A stretch of DNA of 64,000 nt from an uncultured Gammaproteobacteria bacterium (GTDB lineage: Bacteria; Pseudomonadota; Gammaproteobacteria; Chromatiales; Chromatiaceae). The notes beneath the pieces are model-generated. The model had not been told where the DNA came from. It saw only the letters and a list, made by a program, of their open reading frames with translations, and did not search any database. Position 1 is the stretch's first letter. Each line of letters starts with the position of its first letter. Below, in pieces: positions 37,660 to 47,172 of the stretch. The position numbers were made by a program, and so were the translations under genes. The DNA lies in contig CALAZS010000130.1 in the NCBI GenBank assembly GCA_937926265.1, positions 2,796-66,795 on the forward strand, written 5' to 3'.

Positions 37660-38088
37660 ATGGACACTGACAAATCTCTTTTGCTGCAACGTACCTTCAT
37701 GGCTATTGCAGCCCTTAGTGGTGCTACTGCGGTTGCATTGGGTGCCTACGCAAGCCACGGTCTTAAAAATGTTCTAACAACAGATTCTCTGGCGGTTATT
37801 CAGACCGCAATGGACTACCAGTTTATTCACACGCTGGCACTGCTCTTCGTAAGTCTTGTACCATTTAAAAGGACTCCGGCAAACAGTCGCCTGCTGATGT
37901 TGTCCGGAAGTTTGTTTGTTGCGGGTATCCTTTTATTCAGCGTTAACCTTTACGCTATTCAGATCCTGCATTTCACCGCCCTGAGCAAACTGACACCAGT
38001 CGGCGGTGTTATGTTCATAATCGGTTGGCTAATCCTTTTCATTCTCGCGTTTAAGAAATCCAATGCAGAAAAAAATACTGATCATTGA
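37660..38088 (+). CDS. DUF423 (YgdD-like) small membrane protein
   Basis: 142 aa from the internal ATG with four hydrophobic helices (GATAVALGAYASHGLK motif). The upstream ORF extension overlaps the giant gene and was rejected. Confidence 0.7.
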   Translation: MDTDKSLLLQRTFMAIAALSGATAVALGAYASHGLKNVLTTDSLAVIQTAMDYQFIHTLALLFVSLVPFKRTPANSRLLMLSGSLFVAGILLFSVNLYAIQILHFTALSKLTPVGGVMFIIGWLILFILAFKKSNAEKNTDH

Positions 38089-39466
38089 AGATGATGTAAA
38101 TCTGGGTCAGATGCTGCTGATGCACTTCGAGGATGAAGGCTTCAGGACCCAACATGTTCCTTCCTGCGAGAAAGCCCGGGAAACAATCAAGCATTCCCAT
38201 TTCGACCTGGTGCTACTTGATCAGCAATTACCTGACGGTAACGGCATTGATTTACTTGATGACCTGGTATTACAGAACCCGGATCGACCGGTGATAATGA
38301 TGACCGGACACCATGACCTTGAGCTGGCCATCACCGCCATTAAAAAAGGTGCTGCGGACTTCATTCACAAGCCCGTGGCTACAGCTGACCTTCAACTTGC
38401 GGTCAGCAAGGCACTCAAAAACTACCAGGATGCAACATCTGCAATTTATGAAACAGACCGTGAAGACAGCCTTAATTTATCCCGGGAACTGATTGGCAAA
38501 AGCAGTGCCATGCTGGCTATCAGCAAGGAAATTGCACTGAGTGCGCAAAGCCATGCGAGTGTTTTAGTCACAGGTGAATCCGGCACCGGCAAAGAACTGA
38601 TCGCCAAGCTGATTCACCAGCATAGCAGCCGGGCAGATAATCCGTTTATTGCCGTAAACTGTGCGGCAATAGTTGATAACCTGCTTGAAAGTGAGCTGTT
38701 TGGACATGAAAAAGGTGCTTTTACCGGTGCCTCTGAAAGAAAGCCCGGTAAATTTGAACTGGCTGAGAACGGTACCCTGTTTCTTGATGAGATTGGTGAA
38801 CTGGCAATGCCGCTCCAGGCCAAGCTTCTGCGTGCCCTTCAGGAGCAAACCATTGAACCGGTAGGCTCTACACGTTCATTGAAAATCAATGCCAGGGTGA
38901 TAGCCGCCACCAACCGCGACCTGTTTAGTTTGTCGCGTGATAAACAGTTTCGTGAAGACCTTATCTACCGTTTGAATGTTATCAACATCCAGCTTCCGCC
39001 TCTTAGAAAACGCAAGGAGGACATTCCCCTGCTGGCGAAAGCTTTTATTGAAAAGTACGCCCAGGAAAATGCCTGTTCCATGCCAGTCATCAACCAGGAC
39101 TTCATTGCGCATTTGCAATCGTATGACTGGCCGGGAAATGTGCGTGAACTAAACAATGCAATCACCCATGCAATGCTGCACTGCCGAGGTGGCCAGCTCA
39201 ATATCGAGCTTCTTAACCTGGGCGCTGATCTGGAATCCAATCTTGATAACGACCTGGCATCAAGACAGATTTCTGACAGGCAAACTAACCTGGTTTCGGA
39301 AAATCATGATGAAGAATTACTGACGCTGGATGAACTTGAGGCACGTCACATACAGAAAGTACTGAACCATACCGGTGGCCATAAATCGAACACCTGCAGG
39401 ATACTGGGAATATCCCGCCCCGCCCTTGATCGCAAAATCGAAAAATACCAGCTAATCGTCACATAG
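38063..39466 (+). CDS. Sigma54-dependent response regulator (REC-AAA+-HTH, NtrC family), no adjacent kinase
   Basis: 467 aa. REC (ILIIEDD...LLDQQLPDG), Walker A GESGTGKE, intact GAFTGA and a C-terminal Fis-type HTH ([16 protein letters not shown]). Confidence 0.85.
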   Translation: MQKKILIIEDDVNLGQMLLMHFEDEGFRTQHVPSCEKARETIKHSHFDLVLLDQQLPDGNGIDLLDDLVLQNPDRPVIMMTGHHDLELAITAIKKGAADFIHKPVATADLQLAVSKALKNYQDATSAIYETDREDSLNLSRELIGKSSAMLAISKEIALSAQSHASVLVTGESGTGKELIAKLIHQHSSRADNPFIAVNCAAIVDNLLESELFGHEKGAFTGASERKPGKFELAENGTLFLDEIGELAMPLQAKLLRALQEQTIEPVGSTRSLKINARVIAATNRDLFSLSRDKQFREDLIYRLNVINIQLPPLRKRKEDIPLLAKAFIEKYAQENACSMPVINQDFIAHLQSYDWPGNVRELNNAITHAMLHCRGGQLNIELLNLGADLESNLDNDLASRQISDRQTNLVSENHDEELLTLDELEARHIQKVLNHTGGHKSNTCRILGISRPALDRKIEKYQLIVT

Positions 39467-39480
39467 ACCTGCGTTAAGCC

Positions 39481-39541
39481 TGTAACTAAAAATTACATGC
39501 CCGCTTTTACCTGTAATGAAACATTACAACGTTTCGTTACA
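39481..39541. promoter_or_regulatory. Three TGTAAY-N5/7-RTTACA dyads (enhancer/UAS candidates)
   Basis: TGTAACTAAAAATTACA (39481-97), TGTAATGAAACATTACA (39512-28) and TTACAACGTTTCGTTACA (39524-41), lying 50-110 bp upstream of the sigma54 promoter. Confidence 0.45.
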
Positions 39542-39591
39542 ATTATTTATCCAGCCAAAATAATCTCTATATTATTCAATAAGTTATGTTT

Positions 39592-39607
39592 TGGCACGGT
39601 TCTCGCT
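39592..39607 (+). promoter_or_regulatory. Sigma54 (-24/-12) promoter upstream of the ECF sigma gene
   Basis: TGGCACGGTTCTCGCT has a perfect TGGCACG -24 and a -12 of TCGC at exact spacing. A GAGGAG SD and the ATG follow 20-30 nt downstream. Confidence 0.65.
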
Positions 39608-39638
39608 CTAGATATTTTAACAATAATGAGGAGCAATC

Positions 39639-40160
39639 ATGTCAAGCATCACACTTAGCGGTTTTTTTGAACTCAAATCCCGAAAAAACAAAGAGGAACT
39701 CTTTAGCGAGTATGTTCATCAATATGCTGATGACCTTTACCGCTATGCCTACTGGTTATGCAACAGCAAAGTGGTTGCAGAAGATCTGGTTCAGGAGACA
39801 ATGCTGCGCGCCTGGAAATCCATCCACAAACTTCAGGACAGTAAAGCTGTTAAAAGCTGGCTGTTTACCATTTTAAGGCGTGAAAACGCTCGACGTTTTG
39901 AAAGAAAACAGTTTGACTATTGTGATTTTCCAACGGAAGAAGTGTCCTGTCAGCGCTGTGATTACGACACATCGACCGAAGCGCATGTTCTCAGAAACGC
40001 GCTTAAACAACTGCCAGTTGAGTACCGTGAACCTTTATTACTGCAAATCGAGTTTGGATACAGTCAGAGAGAAATTGCGCAGCATCTGGACATCAGCCTG
40101 GCTGGAGCTGGTACACGTCTATTCCGGGCCCGTCAAAAACTCAAGAAATTGGTAGAGTGA
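39639..40160 (+). CDS. ECF-type sigma-70 family RNA polymerase sigma factor
   Basis: 173 aa. Region 2 (DDLYRYAYWLCNSKVVAEDLVQETMLRAWK) and region 4 (GYSQREIAQHLDISLAGAGTRLFRARQKL). No anti-sigma gene follows. Confidence 0.85.
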   Translation: MSSITLSGFFELKSRKNKEELFSEYVHQYADDLYRYAYWLCNSKVVAEDLVQETMLRAWKSIHKLQDSKAVKSWLFTILRRENARRFERKQFDYCDFPTEEVSCQRCDYDTSTEAHVLRNALKQLPVEYREPLLLQIEFGYSQREIAQHLDISLAGAGTRLFRARQKLKKLVE

Positions 40161-40164
40161 CTGC

Positions 40165-41616
40165 TTATTTTGTCCAGAAGGCTGGTGACAAAATTACCAG
40201 CAGCGTAAAGATTTCCAAACGACCAAGCAGCATGGAAAAACACAATATCCACTTCGCCGGATCATTAAGGTCAGCGTAATGAGCACCCACACCTCCAAGC
40301 CCAGGGCCCAAATTGTTAATGGTTGCCGCCACTGCAGAATATGCCGTCATTAAATCGAGTCCTGTCATTGCAAGTGCCAGGTACATCATGATGAAACTGG
40401 CCACGTAAAGCGCAAAAAAACCCCAGATCGCATCAACCACTCTATAGGGCACCGTGTTGCCGCCAATCCGGATCGGTATCTGCGCCGAAGGATGTATCAG
40501 CCGCAGAATTTCACGCATTCCCTGTTTAATCAACAGCAGAAAACGAATCACCTTGATACCGCCACCCGTGGAACCGGCACAGCCGCCGACAAAACTGGTA
40601 AACAACAGCAAAATGGCTACAAAGCCGGGCCAGTTGTAAAACTCGGCAGTGGTAAACCCGGTCGTAGTACCGATAGAAACCGATTGAAACAGCGCATTGA
40701 AAAATGCCGAACCCCAGTCATCGTAAGTGCTGGTAAAAAACAGGTAAAGTGTGACGATAGCTGTGACAGTCATTAACAGACTGATGTAAAAAATAAACTC
40801 GGAATCCTTGAAATAACTTTTAAATGATTGACTGCGCCAGGCAATGAAATGCAGTGCAAAGTTCACACCGGAGATCAGCATGAATACCACGGCAATCATT
40901 TCTATCCAGGTACTGTTGTAATAACCGATACTGGCATCATGGGTGGAAAAGCCACCTATGGAAACGGTCGAAAACGCATGGCCAATGGCATCAAACAACT
41001 CCATACCTGCAATCCAGTAAGCCAGCGTGCAGGCAATGGTTAAACTGAGGTAGATATACCAGAGCGCTTTTGCGGTTTCGGCAATACGTGGCGTCAGCTT
41101 GGAATCCTTGACCGGCCCTGGCGTTTCAGCCCGGTAAAGCTGCATGCCACCAACACCCAGCAGCGGCAGTACGGCAACCGCGAGCACCACGATACCCATG
41201 CCGCCCAACCACTGCAGCTGTTGGCGGTAATAGAGGATTGACCTGGGCAGTTCATCAATCGACGTAATCACGGTAGCGCCGGTGGTGGTTAAACCTGAAA
41301 TGGCTTCGAACATTGAGTCCGTTAGGGAAAGCTGTGGTTGCAGCGACAACATAAACGGCAAAGCGCCAATGGTGCTTAGTACGAACCAGAACATTACGAC
41401 AACAATAAAGCCATCGCGCATGCGCATATCGCGTTTGTAACTTCTAACCGGTATCCAGCTCAGAAAACCGATACCCAGCGTAATAAAAAATGCTGTCACA
41501 AAAGCCAGGTGGGCGCCGTCGGCATACCAGAGAGAAACCAATACCGGTGGTAACAGCGTTGAGCTGAATACCATCAGTAATAACCCCAGAATTCTTTGTA
41601 TGGCAAAAAGGCGCAT
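40165..41616 (-). CDS. trkH: Trk-type K+ uptake membrane subunit TrkH
   Basis: 483-aa polytopic ORF with repeated GLTTTGA/GTTTGFT/GGCAGSTGGGIK selectivity-filter-like motifs, immediately downstream of trkA. Confidence 0.9.
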   Translation of the reverse strand: MRLFAIQRILGLLLMVFSSTLLPPVLVSLWYADGAHLAFVTAFFITLGIGFLSWIPVRSYKRDMRMRDGFIVVVMFWFVLSTIGALPFMLSLQPQLSLTDSMFEAISGLTTTGATVITSIDELPRSILYYRQQLQWLGGMGIVVLAVAVLPLLGVGGMQLYRAETPGPVKDSKLTPRIAETAKALWYIYLSLTIACTLAYWIAGMELFDAIGHAFSTVSIGGFSTHDASIGYYNSTWIEMIAVVFMLISGVNFALHFIAWRSQSFKSYFKDSEFIFYISLLMTVTAIVTLYLFFTSTYDDWGSAFFNALFQSVSIGTTTGFTTAEFYNWPGFVAILLLFTSFVGGCAGSTGGGIKVIRFLLLIKQGMREILRLIHPSAQIPIRIGGNTVPYRVVDAIWGFFALYVASFIMMYLALAMTGLDLMTAYSAVAATINNLGPGLGGVGAHYADLNDPAKWILCFSMLLGRLEIFTLLVILSPAFWTK

Positions 41617-41623
41617 TTTGACT

Positions 41624-43000
41624 TTAAAGGAACGTAATGCCTACCTGGAAGAGTTTTTCAACATCATGAATTTTATTTTTATCCATGAGGAACATGACCA
41701 CGTGGTCATCACTCTGAATAACCGTGTCATGGTGGGCTATGACCACTTCTTCACCACGCACCAGCGCAGCAATACTGGCCCCCTGCGGTAACTTGATATC
41801 TTCGATTTTCCTGCCAACCACCTTGGATGAGGTTTCATCACCATGGGCAATCGCTTCTATTGCTTCGGCCACGCCGCGACGCAAAGAGTGTACATTTACC
41901 ACGTCCCCCCTCCGCACATAGGTCAGCAGGGTACCGATTGTCGCCTGTTGCGGTGATACAGCGATATCAATCTCGCCAGCCTGCACCAGGTCAACATAAG
42001 CAGGGCGGTTTATAAGTGCCATCACCTTTCTTGCGCCAAGGCGCTTGGCAAGCATGGCGGAAAGCACATTGGCCTCGTCGTCATTAGTCACGGCGCAGAA
42101 AATATCGGTGTCTTCAATACTTTCTTCCAGCAGTAATTCTTCATCTGAGGAATCGCCATGCAAGACAATTGTCTGGCTGAGTTTTTCAGAAACCCGCATT
42201 GAAATTGCCTTGTTTTTTTCAATAATCTTGACCCTGTATTTACTCTCAAGAGCCGATGCAAGGCGTCGACCAATATTGCCACCTCCGGCAAAAATGAGGC
42301 GCTTATAAGGTTTTTCTGCGCGCCGCAGTTCACGCATCACTGCCGATATATTTTCTGCTGCGGCGATAAAAAACACCTCGTCATCCGGTTCTATCACGGT
42401 AATGCCGTCAGGGTGAATCGAGCGGTCTTTACGGTAGATCGCGGCCACCCGGGCTTCGGCATTTCCTAAATGTTCATTGAGTTCCTTCAACTGATGACCG
42501 ACCAGTGGACCACCGTAGTATGCCCTTACGGCCACGAGACGCACACGGCCACCGGCGAAATCCATTACCTGCAATGCCCCCGGGTGTTGGATAAGGCGCA
42601 GAATGTATTCTGTCACCAGCTGCTCAGGACTGATCATCATGTCGATTGGCAGTGCATTCGGTGCGAACAGCTCCGGGTAACTGAGGTAATCCTGTGATCT
42701 GACGCGGGCGATTTTGGCGGGGGTTCTAAACAGTGTATAAGCAACCTGGCAGGCCACCATGTTGACTTCGTCGCTGTTGGTAACTGCCAGAATCATATCG
42801 GCATCTTCGGCACCGGCTTTTCTGAGCACGTCCGGATGTGACGCCAGCCCCTGAATAGTTCCAATGTCGAGACGATCACGTAAATCCCTTAACAGATCAG
42901 CATTTACATCAACGACCGTAATATCGTTATGCTCTTCCTTGACCAGGTTGATTGCCACCGAGCGTCCGACCTGTCCGGCACCGAGGATAATGATCTTCAT
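41624..43000 (-). CDS. trkA: Trk system NAD-binding subunit TrkA
   Basis: 458 aa with two RCK/KTN halves ([16 protein letters not shown] and [14 protein letters not shown]). Confidence 0.9.
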   Translation of the reverse strand: MKIIILGAGQVGRSVAINLVKEEHNDITVVDVNADLLRDLRDRLDIGTIQGLASHPDVLRKAGAEDADMILAVTNSDEVNMVACQVAYTLFRTPAKIARVRSQDYLSYPELFAPNALPIDMMISPEQLVTEYILRLIQHPGALQVMDFAGGRVRLVAVRAYYGGPLVGHQLKELNEHLGNAEARVAAIYRKDRSIHPDGITVIEPDDEVFFIAAAENISAVMRELRRAEKPYKRLIFAGGGNIGRRLASALESKYRVKIIEKNKAISMRVSEKLSQTIVLHGDSSDEELLLEESIEDTDIFCAVTNDDEANVLSAMLAKRLGARKVMALINRPAYVDLVQAGEIDIAVSPQQATIGTLLTYVRRGDVVNVHSLRRGVAEAIEAIAHGDETSSKVVGRKIEDIKLPQGASIAALVRGEEVVIAHHDTVIQSDDHVVMFLMDKNKIHDVEKLFQVGITFL

Positions 43001-43028
43001 CTGTCAGTTCCTAAAATGCCTAACATGC

Positions 43029-44390
43029 CTATCGGCGGTCCTTGATTTCAATACCTACAGAACGCAGTTTTCTGTAAAGATGTGTTCTTTCCATGCCGGC
43101 TTCTTCCGCCATCTGGCTGACATTACCATCATGTTTTTGCAACTGATACTCCAGGTAAGCCCTTTCGAATTCCTCCCTGGCCTGCCTGATCGGCTGGTCA
43201 AATGAAACAGCGCCGCCACTGAGCTTTAATTCCGGTTCTTTGGCGCTGCCCAGTGCAGACTCCACCTCTTCCTGGCTGACCTCTTCGGCATTGTTCAAAA
43301 TCAGCAAACGCTGCACGACGTTTTTCAATTCAAGCACATTTCCAGGCCAGGAATAGTTTCTAAGAAAATTCTGCGCGGCCATGGAAAATTTTCGATAAGG
43401 CAGTTTTTCTTTCTGCACAAAGTATTCAGTAAAAAATGTCAGCAGTTCAGGTACATCTTCATGATGTTCACGTAAGGCGGGAATCTGCAAAGGTACAACA
43501 TTAAGATGAAAGAAAAGGTCTTCACGGAAACGCCCCTGCTGCACAGCTAACTCGAGGTTCTGGTGCGTGGCTGCGATAATACGTACATCCAGTTCTACAG
43601 GTTCCTTGCCTCCGACACGCATAAAATTACCTGTATCCAGTACTCCCAGCAGCTGCGCCTGGGCTTCAAGGTCCATATCAGCCACTTCATCAAGAAACAG
43701 GGTGCCGCCACTGGCCTGCTCCAGCCGGCCATAATAGACACGGTCGTCATCTTCACTGCCAAATAATTCCCTGGCTGAATTGCCGGTGGCTATTGATGAA
43801 ACACTCACGTCAACAAAAGGACTGGCTTTACGTTTACTTTGCTTATGCAGATAGCGGGCAAAAGTTTCGCGGCCTGTACCCGCTTCCCCGGTTATCAACA
43901 CCCAGGTATCATGCTGGGCCAGTCTTTTAATCTGTTCGCGTAAATGCTGGATGGTAACGCTGTGACCGATGGGCTCAATCACATGATCAACCATGCGCTT
44001 AAGTCCCTGGTTTTCCACCTGGAGTTTTTCGGCTTCAAGGGCTCTTTCAACCGTTAACAGCAGCTTGGCAAGTGACAGGGGTTTTTCAAGAAAGTCATAG
44101 GCCCCCAGGCGGGTTGCCTCAACAGCCGTTTCAACAGTGCCATGACCTGACATCATGATCACCGGGCAAGGCAGTCCATCTCCTTCTGCCCATTCCTTTA
44201 AAAGCGAGATGCCATCAAGATCAGGCATCCAGATATCAAGCAGGATAATATGCGGTCTTTTTTCACGTAACAGCTTTCTGGCAGCAACACCGTTTTCTGC
44301 CATTGAAACAGTATGGCCTTCATCTTCCAGAATGTCCTTTACCAGTTCCCTGATATCCGGCTCATCATCGACCACCAGAATGTAACTCAT
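43029..44390 (-). CDS. ntrX: NtrX-type response regulator (REC-AAA+-HTH) with degenerate AAA+ motifs
   Basis: 453 aa downstream of the NtrY-like kinase. Walker A reads GEAGTGRE (Arg for Lys), and the GAFTGA position reads ELFGSEDDDRVYYGRLEQA. Confidence 0.8.
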   Translation of the reverse strand: MSYILVVDDEPDIRELVKDILEDEGHTVSMAENGVAARKLLREKRPHIILLDIWMPDLDGISLLKEWAEGDGLPCPVIMMSGHGTVETAVEATRLGAYDFLEKPLSLAKLLLTVERALEAEKLQVENQGLKRMVDHVIEPIGHSVTIQHLREQIKRLAQHDTWVLITGEAGTGRETFARYLHKQSKRKASPFVDVSVSSIATGNSARELFGSEDDDRVYYGRLEQASGGTLFLDEVADMDLEAQAQLLGVLDTGNFMRVGGKEPVELDVRIIAATHQNLELAVQQGRFREDLFFHLNVVPLQIPALREHHEDVPELLTFFTEYFVQKEKLPYRKFSMAAQNFLRNYSWPGNVLELKNVVQRLLILNNAEEVSQEEVESALGSAKEPELKLSGGAVSFDQPIRQAREEFERAYLEYQLQKHDGNVSQMAEEAGMERTHLYRKLRSVGIEIKDRR

Positions 44391-44452
44391 TAATACCTAC
44401 TCCAGTATTTATTTAGGTTTTGCCAGGCACTTAACCAGTCATTACTCATAAC

Positions 44453-46627
44453 TCATTCAGTTAAGGGCAATCTTACCAACAAGTGGGCGCCACCTTCAGC
44501 GCGATTGGATGCTGCAATCATACCACCATGTTCTTCAATAATTTTCTTCACAACAGCCAGTCCCAGTCCTGTCCCCTTGGTTTTGGTTGTGACATATGGT
44601 TCGAATACCTTTGACAATGTTTCCTCATCGAAACCGTGGCCATTATCCATGACCTCAAGAACCACAGCTGCCGTATCATCATGACCCTGTAACTCGGTTC
44701 GTATGATTATCTCTGCATTGCTTTTATCGTGCACGGCTTCCAATGCATTTTTCACCAGGTTATGAATGACCTGCCTCAATCTTACCGGGTCTGCTTCAAC
44801 CTTTTCGTCAGTCGCATTTAGTGAAAGCGTGATTGCGTCATGCTGACCGGAAGCCTCGTAAAGAGACATTACCTCTGCGACCAGGCTGTCAAACTCCAGC
44901 GGCTGAGTTTCCAGCCTGGATGGTTTGGCGTAATCCGAGAATGCATTGACCATGGACTTCATCGCATCAACCTGCTGCACGATGGTCTGCGTAGCTTTAT
45001 CCAGTACGCGCGAATCCTCTTCGGCCATCTTACCCAAATATTTATGACGCAACCTTTCAGCTGAAAGCTGGATTGGTGTAAGCGGGTTTTTGATTTCATG
45101 GGCAAGACGTCTTGCCACTTCACCCCAGGCAGCATTTCTCTGTGCCTGGATAAAATAGGTCACATCATCAAAAACCACGACTTTGCCTTTTTCAAATCCA
45201 ACCGTATCCAGAAGCGGACTGATACGGGTTAACAAAATCAAACGCCCGCTATCAGTTTCCAGTGCGATTTCTTCCCGCCAGTCACCTTTTTGCTGGGTTA
45301 ACACCAGCTCGATATTTTCTAGCCATTGTTTCATCACTTCTGACAGGCAAGCCAGCTGTTCAGTTGACTGCTGCAGGTGATCATCAAATGAAACATTAAA
45401 AATCGTTTCAGCCGCACGATTGGCTGTCTGCAGTCTTTGCTGGGAATCAAACACCATCACCCCGGAAGAAAGATGCCCCAGTACAGTTTCCAGGTAGGTC
45501 TTCTGTTCTTCAACCATACGCTGGCTTTGCGCTGCCTGATCACGGGCCTGGGCAATACGACGCATCATGGTATTAAAAGAGGCAACCAGGAAACTCAGTT
45601 CATCATGGGAATCCTGCAGCGGCAGTTGTTTTTCATAATCACCTGCAGCAACTGCGCGCGTACCAGCAGCAATATCTGAAATGGGTGCTACCAGTTTCCT
45701 GGCCGAATAAAATGCCGCCCAGACTGCCGCAAACACCGAAAAGGCCAGCACCAGTAATAGCGTCATGGAAAAGTTAAACTTCAGAGACTGGCGTAAAAAC
45801 GATAACTCCTTGTAGCGCACCAGTGCCGACTGAACTGAATCAGTCAGGTCGGAAATTTCTTCTGAAAGAGCATAAACCGCCTGCATCAGCAATGGCCTGA
45901 ATGCATGACGCAAGACAACCAGAACATGCAAAGACTCAGGCTCACCATAAGGCACGATACTGATTACACGGCCACTGTCCCTGGCCTGCTGAAGTACTGA
46001 AATATCGAGCTGTTCGGGCACCAGCTTTTCTGTGTTGATATTGGAGGAAGTGATGATTCTGCCTGATAAATCCATCAATACCAGTTCGATAGCGCCAGAC
46101 TGTTCAAGCAGATCAACAAGTCCAATGGTCATTGCCGCTTCGGAATCATCCTTTATCTGATTTAACATGTACTCTGTGACTCGCAGATACTGCTTCTTGT
46201 TCAGATCCAGCGATGATTTTCCAAGTTCAAGGCTGTCATCGAGTGCATTATCAATTTTTACGTCAAACCAGGAATCAATCCCCTGGTGCAGAAACTGCAG
46301 CGAATAGTAATAAACCACGCCAACCGGCGGCAGTGACAGGCTGATAAACATCAGCACCATCCTGATCGTTAATCGCGAGCCCGGCTCCCGCCTGCGATAG
46401 CTGCCAATCAGTTTCAGCAGGTTGATCATGATCAACACCAAAAGGATGATCAGTCCGGCAATATTGAATATGAGCAAGGGGATGAAATAGCGGCTCATAT
46501 CATCGGTATTTTGAACCGCGTTACTCATAAAATGCAGTGAAATGAGTAACGGAGTAATCACTACCAACAGCAGCAAAAACCCGGATGAACCAATTTTCTT
46601 CAGGGTTTTAAAAGCCATTGGCTCCAC
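44453..46627 (-). CDS. ntrY: NtrY-type sensor histidine kinase (TM-HAMP-PAS-HisKA-HATPase)
   Basis: 724 aa with N-terminal TM helices, H-box HEIKNPLTPI and G-boxes DNGHGF / GTGLGLAV. Confidence 0.85.
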   Translation of the reverse strand: MEPMAFKTLKKIGSSGFLLLLVVITPLLISLHFMSNAVQNTDDMSRYFIPLLIFNIAGLIILLVLIMINLLKLIGSYRRREPGSRLTIRMVLMFISLSLPPVGVVYYYSLQFLHQGIDSWFDVKIDNALDDSLELGKSSLDLNKKQYLRVTEYMLNQIKDDSEAAMTIGLVDLLEQSGAIELVLMDLSGRIITSSNINTEKLVPEQLDISVLQQARDSGRVISIVPYGEPESLHVLVVLRHAFRPLLMQAVYALSEEISDLTDSVQSALVRYKELSFLRQSLKFNFSMTLLLVLAFSVFAAVWAAFYSARKLVAPISDIAAGTRAVAAGDYEKQLPLQDSHDELSFLVASFNTMMRRIAQARDQAAQSQRMVEEQKTYLETVLGHLSSGVMVFDSQQRLQTANRAAETIFNVSFDDHLQQSTEQLACLSEVMKQWLENIELVLTQQKGDWREEIALETDSGRLILLTRISPLLDTVGFEKGKVVVFDDVTYFIQAQRNAAWGEVARRLAHEIKNPLTPIQLSAERLRHKYLGKMAEEDSRVLDKATQTIVQQVDAMKSMVNAFSDYAKPSRLETQPLEFDSLVAEVMSLYEASGQHDAITLSLNATDEKVEADPVRLRQVIHNLVKNALEAVHDKSNAEIIIRTELQGHDDTAAVVLEVMDNGHGFDEETLSKVFEPYVTTKTKGTGLGLAVVKKIIEEHGGMIAASNRAEGGAHLLVRLPLTE

Positions 46628-47172
46628 TCACTTGAGAGTTTCCAGTCCGGTGACATGTAAGCTTTGGGACGCAGTGGAACCGGCAGTGCCTCAATATCGA
46701 GTATCGTTTTTATTTCCATCTCGTAGGTTTCGCCTTTTTCAAGTTGGCTGGCTTTGACAACTGGATATTCATCAATGACGCCAAGTGAGGAGAGCGCTGC
46801 CTGTCGGGAAATAAACTGTGATTTTTCAGCTCCGGCCCGGGTTATTACTTCGTAGGTTGAAGACAGGGGCAAATAACGGATCTGCTTCTGGAAATGCTGG
46901 TCAACGATATCCTTTTCCCATATCCACGCACCTTGCCTTCTAACCTGCACATGCACATCAACCAGCAGGGGAACGCCGTTTTCCAGTGCTTCCAGCGCCA
47001 CTTCGCTGAACTGATAATCAATATTAGCGCTGATGACAAACACATCACCGATCAGCCTGGATGAAGCATCGCGGATAATAAATTCACTTGCAAAAGCGGA
47101 AAAATGCAACAACCAGCTGCCAACAGCGGCGACCAGCATGATTGCAAAAGTTTTTTTACGACTGTTTCTCAT
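46600..47172 (-). CDS. DUF4390 domain-containing protein
   Basis: 190 aa with a signal/anchor, in the conserved position between rsmB and ntrY. Confidence 0.65.
   Translation of the reverse strand: MRNSRKKTFAIMLVAAVGSWLLHFSAFASEFIIRDASSRLIGDVFVISANIDYQFSEVALEALENGVPLLVDVHVQVRRQGAWIWEKDIVDQHFQKQIRYLPLSSTYEVITRAGAEKSQFISRQAALSSLGVIDEYPVVKASQLEKGETYEMEIKTILDIEALPVPLRPKAYMSPDWKLSSEWSQWLLKP

Noticed and set aside
39586-39876. 96-aa ORF starting inside the sigma54 promoter and overlapping the ECF sigma gene out of frame
   Set aside because: The ECF frame has clear sigma region 2 and 4 motifs and a strong SD. The alternative frame has neither.
40158-40167. ECF sigma and trkH stop codons only 4 bp apart with no terminator
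   Set aside because: This is real but probably just compact convergent packing. It is noted under the ECF cascade finding rather than treated as a separate signal.
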